A stretch of DNA of 39,691 nucleotides, taken from NCBI GenBank assembly GCA_035603315.1, contig DATNKQ010000569.1:1-39691 (forward strand). The letters run 5' to 3'. Source of the stretch: Thermoanaerobaculia bacterium (GTDB lineage: Bacteria; Acidobacteriota; Thermoanaerobaculia; Multivoradales; UBA5704). A program made the position numbers and the translations under genes. Below, in pieces: positions 19,398-27,673 of this stretch. The stretch's first letter is position 1. Each line of letters opens with the position of its first letter. A model generated the notes under the pieces. It had not been told where the DNA came from and did no database searches. It saw nothing but the letters and a program-made list of their open reading frames with translations.

Positions 19398-21198
19398 CGA
19401 GGCTCCCATAAGCCGGATCCTCGGCATCTCCGCTTTCCACGCCGACGCTTCGGCGGCAGCGGTCGAGGACGGCCGCTTCGTCGCCGGCGTCGAGGAGGAG
19501 CGCTTCCGGCGGGTCAAGCACTGGGCGGGCTTCCCGGCGCAGTCCTTCGCCTTCTGCCTCGACGAGCTGGGCGGCGACTTCGGCGCGGTGACCGACCTCG
19601 CGGTCTCACGGCAGCCGCGCGCCTACCTCTGGCGCAAGGCCGCCCTCGCCCTCGCCCACCCGCGGAGCCTCGGACGGGCGGCGTCGCGGGTCCGCAACCT
19701 GGCGCAGATCGGCACCCTCGAAGGACGCATCGCCGAGGTCCTCGGCAATCGTGACGGCGGCGCAGCGGCGGGACCGCCGCGCCAAACGCCGCGCCTCCAC
19801 ACCGTGGAGCACCACCTCGCCCACCTCGCCTCCGCCTTCTTCTGCTCGCCTTTCGAGGAGGCCATCTGTCTCTCCGTCGACGGATTCGGCGACTTCGTCT
19901 CGACCATGCTGGCGGTCGGCCGGGGGAGCTCGCTCGAAGTGCTCCAGCGCGTTCATTTTCCGCACTCGCTGGGGCTCTTCTACACGGCCGTGACCCAGTT
20001 CCTCGGCTTCCTCGGCTTCGGCGACGAGTACAAGGTGATGGGCCTCACGGCCTACGGCGAGCCCTCGTTCGCCGCGGCCCTCCGGCAGGTCGTGCCGGCG
20101 AAGGACGACGGCACCTTCCGCCTCGACCTGCGCTTCTTCAGGCACCTCTCGGAAGGGGTCGACATGAGCTGGGAGGACGGCGCGCCAACCCTGGGGCAGG
20201 TCTACACGCCTGCTCTCCAAGAGCTCCTCGGCCCGGCGCGCCGCCCCGGCGAAGAGCTGACCCAGCGCCACAAGGACCTCGCCGCCTCGCTGCAGCAGGT
20301 CTACGAGGAGCGCTTCTTCGCGCTCGTGCGGTCGCTACAGAAGCGTGCCGGCCTGAAGCGCCTGGCCCTCGCCGGCGGCTGCGCCATGAACTCGCTCGCC
20401 AACGGCAAACTGTTCGCCGAGACCGGCGTCGAGGAGGTCTACATCCAGGCCGCCGCCGGCGACGCCGGAACTGCCCTCGGGGCCGCCCTTTACGTGCAGC
20501 ACGCCGTCCGCGGCGCCCAGCGCGACTTCGTGATGGAGCACTGCTACTGGGGGCCGGCCTATGACGCCGGGGCGATCTGCCAGGCCGTCGCCGAGCGCAT
20601 TCCGGGCTCGGAGGGCAAGGACGGCCTCTACGGCGATGTCCGCATCGAGACGGTCGTTGACGAGGACAGGCTCGCCGACGTCACGGCCGAGGCGATCGCC
20701 GCTAGCGCCGTCGTCGGCTGGTACCAGGGACGCTCGGAGTGGGGACCGCGCGCTCTCGGCAACCGCTCGATCGTCGCCGATCCCCGCCGCGCCGACATGA
20801 AGGAACTCCTCAACTCGAAGATCAAACGCCGGGAGTCCTTTCGTCCCTTCGCCCCCTCGATCCTCGAAGAGCGGACGGGAGAATGGTTCACCGTCGACTA
20901 CCCCGATCCGTTCATGATCAAGGTCTATCCCATCCGTCCCGAAAAGCGGCAGCTCATCCCGGCGGTGACCCACGTCGACGGCACCGGAAGGCTGCAGACA
21001 GTCTCCCGCGACGCCAATCCGCGCTACTGGAAGCTCATCCGCGCCTTCGAGGAGCGGACGGGAGTGCCGATGGTGCTCAACACCTCGTTCAACGAGAACG
21101 AGCCGATTGTCAACACGCCGGGAGAAGCGCTCGACTGCTTCCTGCGCACGCGAATGGATCGTCTCGTGCTGGGGACGAAGGTCATCAGCCGGAGCTGA
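19360..21198 (+). CDS. Carbamoyltransferase (NodU/CmcH family)
   Basis: RILGISAFHADASAAAVEDGRFVAGVEEERFRRVKH, HHLAHLASAF and YKVMGLTAYG. TTG 19360 is the only canonical in-frame start. See the finding on the ATG at 19394. Confidence 0.9.
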   Translation: MPSCCGPSRRNDDEAPISRILGISAFHADASAAAVEDGRFVAGVEEERFRRVKHWAGFPAQSFAFCLDELGGDFGAVTDLAVSRQPRAYLWRKAALALAHPRSLGRAASRVRNLAQIGTLEGRIAEVLGNRDGGAAAGPPRQTPRLHTVEHHLAHLASAFFCSPFEEAICLSVDGFGDFVSTMLAVGRGSSLEVLQRVHFPHSLGLFYTAVTQFLGFLGFGDEYKVMGLTAYGEPSFAAALRQVVPAKDDGTFRLDLRFFRHLSEGVDMSWEDGAPTLGQVYTPALQELLGPARRPGEELTQRHKDLAASLQQVYEERFFALVRSLQKRAGLKRLALAGGCAMNSLANGKLFAETGVEEVYIQAAAGDAGTALGAALYVQHAVRGAQRDFVMEHCYWGPAYDAGAICQAVAERIPGSEGKDGLYGDVRIETVVDEDRLADVTAEAIAASAVVGWYQGRSEWGPRALGNRSIVADPRRADMKELLNSKIKRRESFRPFAPSILEERTGEWFTVDYPDPFMIKVYPIRPEKRQLIPAVTHVDGTGRLQTVSRDANPRYWKLIRAFEERTGVPMVLNTSFNENEPIVNTPGEALDCFLRTRMDRLVLGTKVISRS

Positions 21199-21205
21199 GG
21201 ATGGA

Positions 21206-21964
21206 ATGTTGAGGCTCCTGCTGGAGAGGCTCAGCCGCAACCGGGTGCTTCGCCGGCGTCTGCCCGCGGACCTTGGAGGGCATACCCTTTTCGTCTCCCC
21301 CGACTCCGCGATGAGCTTCTGGCGCCGAGACCTAGGGCGCGTCGATCCCCTGCTCTTCCGCCTCGCCCGCGAGCTGGTGCGGCCGGGAGCAACCGTCTGG
21401 GATATCGGCGCCAACGTCGGGCTCTTCGCCGCCGCCGCGGCGTTTCTCGCCGGACCGTCGGGGGCCATCCTGGCCGTCGAGGCCGACGACTGGCTGGCCG
21501 GCCTGCTGCGGCGATCGTTCAGCACGCCGCCCGCCGATCACGCGCGGATCGAAGTGCTGAGCGCTGCCGTCGCCGGCCGCGCCGGCTTCGCCGACTTCTC
21601 GCTCGCGAGCCGCGGCCGCGCGGCCAGCCATCTCGCGCGTACGGCCGGATCCACCCAGGCGGGAGGCGTCCGCGCCGTGCACAAGGTCGTCACCGTGACG
21701 CTCGACGGGCTGCTCAAGGGGTTCTCCGCCCCGGACCTGGTCAAGATCGACGTGGAAGGAGCGGAGCTCGAATGCCTGATGGGCGCTAGCCAACTCCTCG
21801 GCCGCCGGCGCCCGACGCTCCTCTGCGAGGTCACCGAGAGGAACGCGCCGGAAGTCGGCCGGCTCCTCTCCGGTCATGGTTACCGCCTCTACGACGGCGA
21901 AGCGGCGCCCGATCGCCGGCAGCCGCTCGCCGTTCCGGCGTGGAACACGATCGCCGTCCCGTGA
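21206..21964 (+). CDS. FkbM-family methyltransferase
   Basis: The in-frame ATG 21206 gives MLRLLLERL. Also VWDIGANVGLFAAAAAF and PDLVKIDVEGAELECL. Confidence 0.8.
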   Translation: MLRLLLERLSRNRVLRRRLPADLGGHTLFVSPDSAMSFWRRDLGRVDPLLFRLARELVRPGATVWDIGANVGLFAAAAAFLAGPSGAILAVEADDWLAGLLRRSFSTPPADHARIEVLSAAVAGRAGFADFSLASRGRAASHLARTAGSTQAGGVRAVHKVVTVTLDGLLKGFSAPDLVKIDVEGAELECLMGASQLLGRRRPTLLCEVTERNAPEVGRLLSGHGYRLYDGEAAPDRRQPLAVPAWNTIAVP

Positions 21965-22007
21965 AGCTCGCGGAGACGCTCGACCGCGAAGGGTTCCTAC
22001 AGGACTG

Positions 22008-22916
22008 ATGCTGAAGCGCCGGATTCGCCGGGTCCTGACCGCACTGCGCCTCGAATCCCTCTACACAGTCTGGCACTGGTTGGCGGCCTGGGACCCACGG
22101 CGATTGCGGCGCAGGGCCCTCTTCGACGAGTGGAACCGCGGCGCGGGCACCGACGCGATCGTCGTCCGCCCTGGGCTCCGCCTGGCCATCGATCCACGGT
22201 CGCGCGAGCCGTTCGAGTGGTTCTGCTTCCGTTCGCTGGAGATGTGCCGGGAGTTCGATGCCTTCTGCCGCGAAATGGCCGCCAGCCGCTGTTTCCTCGA
22301 CGCCGGCGCCTGCCACGGCATCTTCTCCCTCGCCTTCGCGCATGGGCGGCCGGACGTGCTGGCGCTCGCCATCGAGCCCTCCCCCATCGCCCATGAGATC
22401 CTCATCGGCAACGTCGGGCGCAATGGGCTTGCGAACGTGATCCCCCGACAGATCGCGGCCGGTTCCGCCGCGGGCCGCCTGCGGATGCGCCAGGTCTGGC
22501 ATCACCTCGAAGCCATGGCCGAGGGCGAGGTCGGCGAGGGCACGGTCGAGGTTCCCGTGCGGACCCTGGACGATCTCTGCGAGGAGCTCGCGTTCGAGCC
22601 CGACCTGATGAAAATCGACGTCGAGGGTTATGAGCTGGCAGCCCTCCAGGGAGCTCGCGGCATCCTCACTCAATACCGCCCCCGCCTCCTCCTGGAGCTC
22701 CATCCCACGCGTCTCCGTGAGCTGGGCGGGTCGCTGGGAGAGGTCGTCGACCTGCTGGAAGGGCTTGGCTATCGCTTCTTCGACTTGGGAGGAGCGCCTC
22801 TGAGCGGCGGTGAGGTCGCCCATAAGGAGTCGAATTGCCGGCTGTTGGCAGCTCCCGCCATCGGAACCGACCCTACGGCAGCCGCCGGCGGCGCAGCCGG
22901 CGCCAGCGCCTCCTGA
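22008..22916 (+). CDS. FkbM-family methyltransferase (second copy)
   Basis: The in-frame ATG 22008 gives MLKRRIRRVL. Also FLDAGACHGIFSLAFA and PDLMKIDVEGYELAAL. Confidence 0.8.
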   Translation: MLKRRIRRVLTALRLESLYTVWHWLAAWDPRRLRRRALFDEWNRGAGTDAIVVRPGLRLAIDPRSREPFEWFCFRSLEMCREFDAFCREMAASRCFLDAGACHGIFSLAFAHGRPDVLALAIEPSPIAHEILIGNVGRNGLANVIPRQIAAGSAAGRLRMRQVWHHLEAMAEGEVGEGTVEVPVRTLDDLCEELAFEPDLMKIDVEGYELAALQGARGILTQYRPRLLLELHPTRLRELGGSLGEVVDLLEGLGYRFFDLGGAPLSGGEVAHKESNCRLLAAPAIGTDPTAAAGGAAGASAS

Positions 22917-23793
22917 TCTCCGTCGCGGCCAGGTTGGCGGGGCCGCAGATGGGCGCTTCGATGCTCCCGATCTCGACCGGCTCCGCGGGTAGCTCCTCCT
23001 TACTTTGCGACGCCTGGAGAAACCCGTCCAGGAGCCCACGCACGGGGCTTACGAAGTGAAGCGCGACCTGCTCCGGATCTCGCGCCTGGCCGGACAGGGG
23101 AATCGAAATGCGGCGGGGATCGAGCAGCCGGCAGCCGGCGGCGGCGCCGAGGAGTGCCCAGGCCGTCTGCTCCGCCCAGACGGGCGCGAAACGAAACGAC
23201 GGCCGCGACAGGTACCACTCGACGAGATTGGGATCGAAGAAACGCTTCCGGAAAGCGAGGATGCCGGTGTTCACCCGGCCGGGCAGACGCAGCCGCCGCA
23301 GACGGGGTTCGAGCAGCAGGTGCCAAGAGCGCAGCGAGTAGGCATTCTGGGGATCGCACATGAAGAGGGCGCCCGCTTCGGGCCGCAGGCGGAAGAGATG
23401 CGAGAAGGGCCGCAGGAAGAGGACGTCCGAGTCGCAGTAGGCGATCTCCTCCTCCTCGGCGAGGAGGGCGACATCCAAAAGCTTCAGCCCCAGGGGGTTT
23501 TCGGCTCGAAAGGCTCGGGTGGCGGGCCGGCCGGCGAGGAATCCCGCCATCCGTTCGTCGGCGTCGGCGCGGGAGACGATCCGCGGCTGCCCCAGCTCCG
23601 CCGTCAGCCGCTCCAGGTCGTTCGCCGTCAACGAGCCGTCGTCATGGACCCGCAGGCGAAGCGGCTGGGCCGAGTAGCGCAGCAGGCTCCCCAGGCAGGC
23701 GAGCCCCATCTCCACGTGAGCGTGGCCCAGCAGAGTGCTGACGATCCGAGGCTCGGGTCTCGACGCCGTGCTCCCCGCCCCGGTGGCTTCCAT
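22873..23793 (-). CDS. GT2-like nucleotide-sugar transferase (GT-A fold); family uncertain
   Basis: 306 aa. IVSTLLGHAHVEMGLACLGSLLRYS...LRVHDDGSLT resembles the GT2 N-terminal DDGS block, followed by the CDSDVLFL acidic motif. The 3' end overlaps the convergent FkbM gene by 44 nt. Confidence 0.55.
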   Translation of the reverse strand: MEATGAGSTASRPEPRIVSTLLGHAHVEMGLACLGSLLRYSAQPLRLRVHDDGSLTANDLERLTAELGQPRIVSRADADERMAGFLAGRPATRAFRAENPLGLKLLDVALLAEEEEIAYCDSDVLFLRPFSHLFRLRPEAGALFMCDPQNAYSLRSWHLLLEPRLRRLRLPGRVNTGILAFRKRFFDPNLVEWYLSRPSFRFAPVWAEQTAWALLGAAAGCRLLDPRRISIPLSGQARDPEQVALHFVSPVRGLLDGFLQASQSKEELPAEPVEIGSIEAPICGPANLAATEIRRRWRRLRRRRLP

Positions 23794-23891
23794 GGCGGCG
23801 GATTGTAGCCCCCGAACGGCCGGGGACGCCGTGCTAGACTTCGAATCACTGATTCCAAGGGTTATCTGTGAAGGCCCAGGAGACGCCGCCC

Positions 23892-24911
23892 ATGAATTGG
23901 CAGGATAAGTTGGTTCTCGTCACCGGCGGGGCCTCGTTCATCAGCTCGCATCTGATCGACCGGCTCGTCGACCGGGGGGCGCGGCGAATCCGGGTGGTCG
24001 ACGACCTTTCGAGCGGCCGCCTGGCCAACATCCAGGGACACATCGACTCCGGTGTCGTCGAGTTTCATCAAGCCGACCTCCTCACTCCGGGCGTGCCCCA
24101 GCGTATGGTCAACGGCGCCGATGTCGTCTTTCACCTGGCAGCGATCCACGGCGGCCGCGGCTTCGTCGACCTCCACCAGGCGGCCTGCTCGCAGAACCTG
24201 GCCATGGACGGAACGCTGATCAAGGCGGCTCACGAGGCCGGCGTCGAGAAATTCGTCTTCGCCTCGTCGGGCTGCGTCTATCCCAACTACCTGCAGCAGG
24301 ACGTCTCCCAGGAGCTCTACCTCACCGAGGAGATGGTGGGGCCGCCCTACGAGGCCGACAACCTGTACGGCTGGGCGAAGCTGATGACCGAGATGACGCT
24401 CGCCGCCTACTATCGGGACCTGGGGTTCAAGTCGGCCTCCTGCCGCTTCTTCACCGTCTACGGCGAGCGCGGGATCGAGAACCACGCGGTGATCGCCATG
24501 ATCGCCCGCGCCTTCGTCCGCCAGGATCCCTTCGAGGTCTGGGGGGACGGCACCCAGATCCGCAACTGGACCTACGTCGGCGACATCGTGCAGGGCATGG
24601 TCCTGGCCGCCGAGAAGATCGACGACGCGACCGCCGTCAACTTGGGCACGGAAGAGCGCACCCGGGTGATCGACGCCGTCCGCGAGGTGCTGCGCTATAC
24701 CGGCCACCAGGCGAAGATCGAGTTCCTGCCCCACATGCCGACCGGCCCGCTGAACCGGGTGGCGAGCAACCGCCTGGCCAAGGACCTCCTGGGCTGGGAG
24801 CCGCAGATGAAGTTCATGAACGGCCTCCACCGGACCATCGATTGGTATTTCGGCGCCCGCTCGCCGGAGAAGGTGAGCGGCTACCTGGCGGAGATGCTCA
24901 CCGAGCGGTAA
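23892..24911 (+). CDS. NAD-dependent epimerase/dehydratase (extended SDR)
   Basis: VLVTGGASFISSHLIDRLV Rossmann motif and the YGWAK (YxxxK) catalytic motif. ATG 23892 has CAGGAGA 9-10 nt upstream. An alternative GTG lies at 23868. Confidence 0.9.
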   Translation: MNWQDKLVLVTGGASFISSHLIDRLVDRGARRIRVVDDLSSGRLANIQGHIDSGVVEFHQADLLTPGVPQRMVNGADVVFHLAAIHGGRGFVDLHQAACSQNLAMDGTLIKAAHEAGVEKFVFASSGCVYPNYLQQDVSQELYLTEEMVGPPYEADNLYGWAKLMTEMTLAAYYRDLGFKSASCRFFTVYGERGIENHAVIAMIARAFVRQDPFEVWGDGTQIRNWTYVGDIVQGMVLAAEKIDDATAVNLGTEERTRVIDAVREVLRYTGHQAKIEFLPHMPTGPLNRVASNRLAKDLLGWEPQMKFMNGLHRTIDWYFGARSPEKVSGYLAEMLTER

Positions 24912-24947
24912 GGCGCCTCGCGCGCATGTCCTTGCGGTCATAGCTTC

Positions 24948-26045
24948 TTGCACAGGCTGGTCTACCTCTGCGACTGGCTGCCGCCCGACTTCGGCGCGGT
25001 GGGACAGTACAGCCTGCGGTTCGCCCGCGAGCGGGCCGCCGGCGGCGAGGACGTGGTCCTCGCCGGGCTCTCCTCGACCGCCGCTTCGGAAACGGAAGAG
25101 CCGGTCGGAGGAGGGCGCCTGCGCATCGTCCGCCTGCGCGCTCCCGCCTACGACCGCGCGAACTTCCGCCGGCGGGCGGGGTGGACGGTCCGCACCGACC
25201 TCCGTCTGGTAGCGCGGGTCCGGCGGCACCTCCGGGCCGCCGACGAGATCCTCTTCACCGGCAGCCCACCCTTCCTCCTCCACGTCGTGGCGCCGCTCAA
25301 CCTCCTCCTGCGGAAGCGGCTCACCTACCGCATCACCGACTTCCATCCCGAGTGCCTGATGGCCGAGCTGGGCCGGGTACCCGCACTTCTGCGCGCCTTC
25401 CACCGGCTGACGCTCGCCCTCCGCCGACGGGTCGACCGCTTCGAGGTGCTCGGCGAGGACCAGCGGGAGCGGCTGCTGGCGATGGGCATCCCGGGCGAGC
25501 GGATCGTCCTCAAGCGCGACCCCTCGCCGGTCGAGATGCCGCCCTCTACGGCGCCTCTCGACCGCCCAGCCGAGCTCGCGGGCCTGGCCATCCTCCTCTA
25601 CTCCGGCAACTTCGGGGTCGCCCACGACCACGAGACGTTTGTCGCCGGCTATCGTCTCCATCACCAGCAGGGCTCGGGGAAGGTCGGCTTGTGGCTGAAC
25701 GCCGCCGGCGCCCGCGCGGACCTGGTGGAAGGCCTCCTTCGCGCCGAGGGGCTTCCCGTCCACCGCAGCCGTCCGCTGCCCCTCGATCTCCTGCCGCGGC
25801 TGCTGGTAACGCCGGATGCCCACCTGATCACCCTGCGCGACGAGTTCGTCGGCTACGTCCTCCCCTCGAAGGTCTACGGCTGCATCCAATCCGGCCGGCC
25901 GGTCCTCTACGTCGGCAGCGCCCGCTCGGACATCCATCTGCTCTGTTCACAAGATTTGCCGCCGGAACGTTACCGTCGAGTAGAGGTGGGCGACTCGGCG
26001 GGGGTGGCTCGCGCCCTCGAGGGGATCGCCGACCGGCGGGCGTGA
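24948..26045 (+). CDS. Glycosyltransferase (WcaI-like GT4)
   Basis: The TTG start gives MHRLVYLCDWLPPDFGAVGQYSLRFARE. C-terminal LPSKVYGCIQSGRPVLYVGS. Confidence 0.7.
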   Translation: MHRLVYLCDWLPPDFGAVGQYSLRFARERAAGGEDVVLAGLSSTAASETEEPVGGGRLRIVRLRAPAYDRANFRRRAGWTVRTDLRLVARVRRHLRAADEILFTGSPPFLLHVVAPLNLLLRKRLTYRITDFHPECLMAELGRVPALLRAFHRLTLALRRRVDRFEVLGEDQRERLLAMGIPGERIVLKRDPSPVEMPPSTAPLDRPAELAGLAILLYSGNFGVAHDHETFVAGYRLHHQQGSGKVGLWLNAAGARADLVEGLLRAEGLPVHRSRPLPLDLLPRLLVTPDAHLITLRDEFVGYVLPSKVYGCIQSGRPVLYVGSARSDIHLLCSQDLPPERYRRVEVGDSAGVARALEGIADRRA

Positions 26046-26140
26046 TGCTTTTCCGTCGCGCGTGACGCATTTCCACCGCGCGCCACGCATTTCGGCTGCG
26101 CGTGAGGCTTTTCGGTCGCGCGCGACGCTCGCGCCTCCGG
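26041..26140. repeat. Tandem 20-bp direct repeat, 4 good units plus 1 degenerate unit
   Basis: Units at an exact 20-bp period: GTGATGCTTTTCCGTCGCGC / GTGACGCATTTCCACCGCGC / GCCACGCATTTCGGCTGCGC / GTGAGGCTTTTCGGTCGCGC / GCGACGCTCGCGCCTCCGGC. Unit 1 contains the TGA stop of the upstream gene. Confidence 0.85.
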
Positions 26141-26287
26141 CTGGGCGAGCACGGGGGCCCGCCCCTACAAATGGCGCCCTGATATGCAGGCCGCGCCAAA
26201 GTTGCAATCTTTCATGGATCTCAAGCCAGAACGGAAGATTCAGAAGGATTACCGCTCACATATTCGTGCTGAATTTGCACGAACCTG

Positions 26288-26316
26288 TTGACACCGCGCC
26301 GAGCTCGGGTTACCCT
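26288..26316 (+). promoter_or_regulatory. Candidate sigma70-type promoter for amtB-glnK
   Basis: TTGACA (26288-26293), a 17-nt spacer, then TACCCT (26311-26316). GGAGG at 26336-26340 and ATG at 26351. Lies at the 3' edge of the only AT-rich stretch in the window. Confidence 0.4.
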
Positions 26317-26350
26317 AAAGCCATCCATAACTCACGGAGGCCCCCCGGCG

Positions 26351-27673
26351 ATGCCCACTCCGAGTCCACTCCCGGCGATCAACGGCGCGGATACCGCCTG
26401 GATGATGGTGGCCTGCGCCCTCGTCCTGCTGATGACCCCGGCTCTGGGGTTCTTCTACGGCGGCTTGGTGCGCTCGAAGAACGCGCTCAACACGATGATG
26501 ATGAGCTTCGCGGCGCTGGGGGCGGTGGGCCTCGCCTGGGCGCTCTTCGGCTACAGCCTGGCCTTCGGCGAGGGGAGCCCGCTCCTGGGCGGCGGCGGCC
26601 ACTTCTTCCTCCGCGGGGTGGGCCTCGAGGCCCACGGCAGCATCCCCCACCTGCTGTTCATGGCCTACCAGGGGACTTTCGCCGTCATCACCGCGGCGCT
26701 CATCTCCGGCGCCGTCGTCGAGCGCATGCGCTTCGGCCCCTATCTCGCCTTCATCACCCTCTGGTCGCTCGTCGTCTACGCCCCGGTCTGCCACTGGGTG
26801 TGGGGCGGCGGCTGGCTGGGGAGCCTCGGCGCCCTCGACTTCGCCGGCGGCACGGTGGTCCACGTCAACGCCGGCGCCGCCGCCCTCGTCGCCGCGGCGG
26901 TCCTCGGGCCGCGCCGGGACTACGGCCGCCAGGCGCTCCTCCCCCACAACGTGCCGTTCGTCCTCCTGGGCGCCGCCCTCCTCTGGTTCGGCTGGTTCGG
27001 CTTCAACGCCGGGAGCGCGCTCGCCGCCAACGCCACCGCCGCCCTCGCCTTCACCAACACCATGCTGGCGCCGGTCGCCACCCTCTCCGTCTGGATGGCG
27101 CTCGACCGTCTCCGGACGCGCAAGACCACGGCGGTAGGGGCGGCGACCGGGATCGTCGTCGGCTTGGTGGCGGTGACGCCGGCTGCCGGCTACATCGGCC
27201 CGATGAGCGCCATCCTCCTGGGCGCCGTCGCCGCCTTCCCCAGCTACTACGCCATCCTCCACCGCTCGCGCACCCGGCTCGACGACTCGCTCGACGTGAC
27301 GGCGGCGCACGGAGTGGGCGGCCTCGTGGGGGCGCTGCTGACCGGAGTCCTGGCGAGCGCCGTCTGGGGCGGCAAGGACGGGCTCCTGGCCGGCGACCCG
27401 GCGCAGCTCGGCCGCCAGGCGGCGGCCGTCGGCGCCGTTCTCCTCTACAGCGGCGGAGCCTCGTTCGCGCTCCTGAAGCTGGTCGGCGCCTACGCGCCGC
27501 TCCGCGCCGACCGCCGTCACGAGGGGCTGGGGCTCGACGTGCCGCAGCACGGCGAGGAGGCCTACACCAGCGGCGAGGGCGCCATCCTCGTGCTCCCGGA
27601 GGTGGCGACGCCGCTCGACTCCCCAGCCGTGTCCGGGCTGGCCGCCGAGGCGCCGCTCGGGAGCGGCGCGTGA
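26351..27673 (+). CDS. amtB: Ammonium transporter
   Basis: DTAWMMVACALVLLMTPALGFFYGGLVRSKN, FAGGTVVHVNAGAAALV and WFGWFGFNAGSAL are classic Amt signatures. SD plus ATG at 26351. Confidence 0.95.
   Translation: MPTPSPLPAINGADTAWMMVACALVLLMTPALGFFYGGLVRSKNALNTMMMSFAALGAVGLAWALFGYSLAFGEGSPLLGGGGHFFLRGVGLEAHGSIPHLLFMAYQGTFAVITAALISGAVVERMRFGPYLAFITLWSLVVYAPVCHWVWGGGWLGSLGALDFAGGTVVHVNAGAAALVAAAVLGPRRDYGRQALLPHNVPFVLLGAALLWFGWFGFNAGSALAANATAALAFTNTMLAPVATLSVWMALDRLRTRKTTAVGAATGIVVGLVAVTPAAGYIGPMSAILLGAVAAFPSYYAILHRSRTRLDDSLDVTAAHGVGGLVGALLTGVLASAVWGGKDGLLAGDPAQLGRQAAAVGAVLLYSGGASFALLKLVGAYAPLRADRRHEGLGLDVPQHGEEAYTSGEGAILVLPEVATPLDSPAVSGLAAEAPLGSGA

Noticed and set aside
23862-25937. 691-aa minus-strand ORF
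   Set aside because: It is antisense to the SDR epimerase (Rossmann and YxxxK motifs on the plus strand) and the WcaI-like GT. Its composition is antisense-like.
26041-26140. Possible CRISPR array
   Set aside because: The repeats are directly abutting with no spacers, only 20 bp long, and degenerate. No cas genes are present.
26172-26188. Sigma54-like element TGGCGC-N-ATGCA upstream of amtB
   Set aside because: The GG to GC spacing is 13 nt rather than the strictly conserved 12, and the -12 element is ATGC rather than TTGC. I do not call it a promoter.
26225-26256. Resemblance of ACGGAAG...GAAGGA to the glutamine (glnA-motif) riboswitch core upstream of amtB
   Set aside because: I could find no closing P1 helix (CGUUC pairing with GAACG). 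The segment also lies upstream of the best promoter candidate, so it would not be in the amtB leader.
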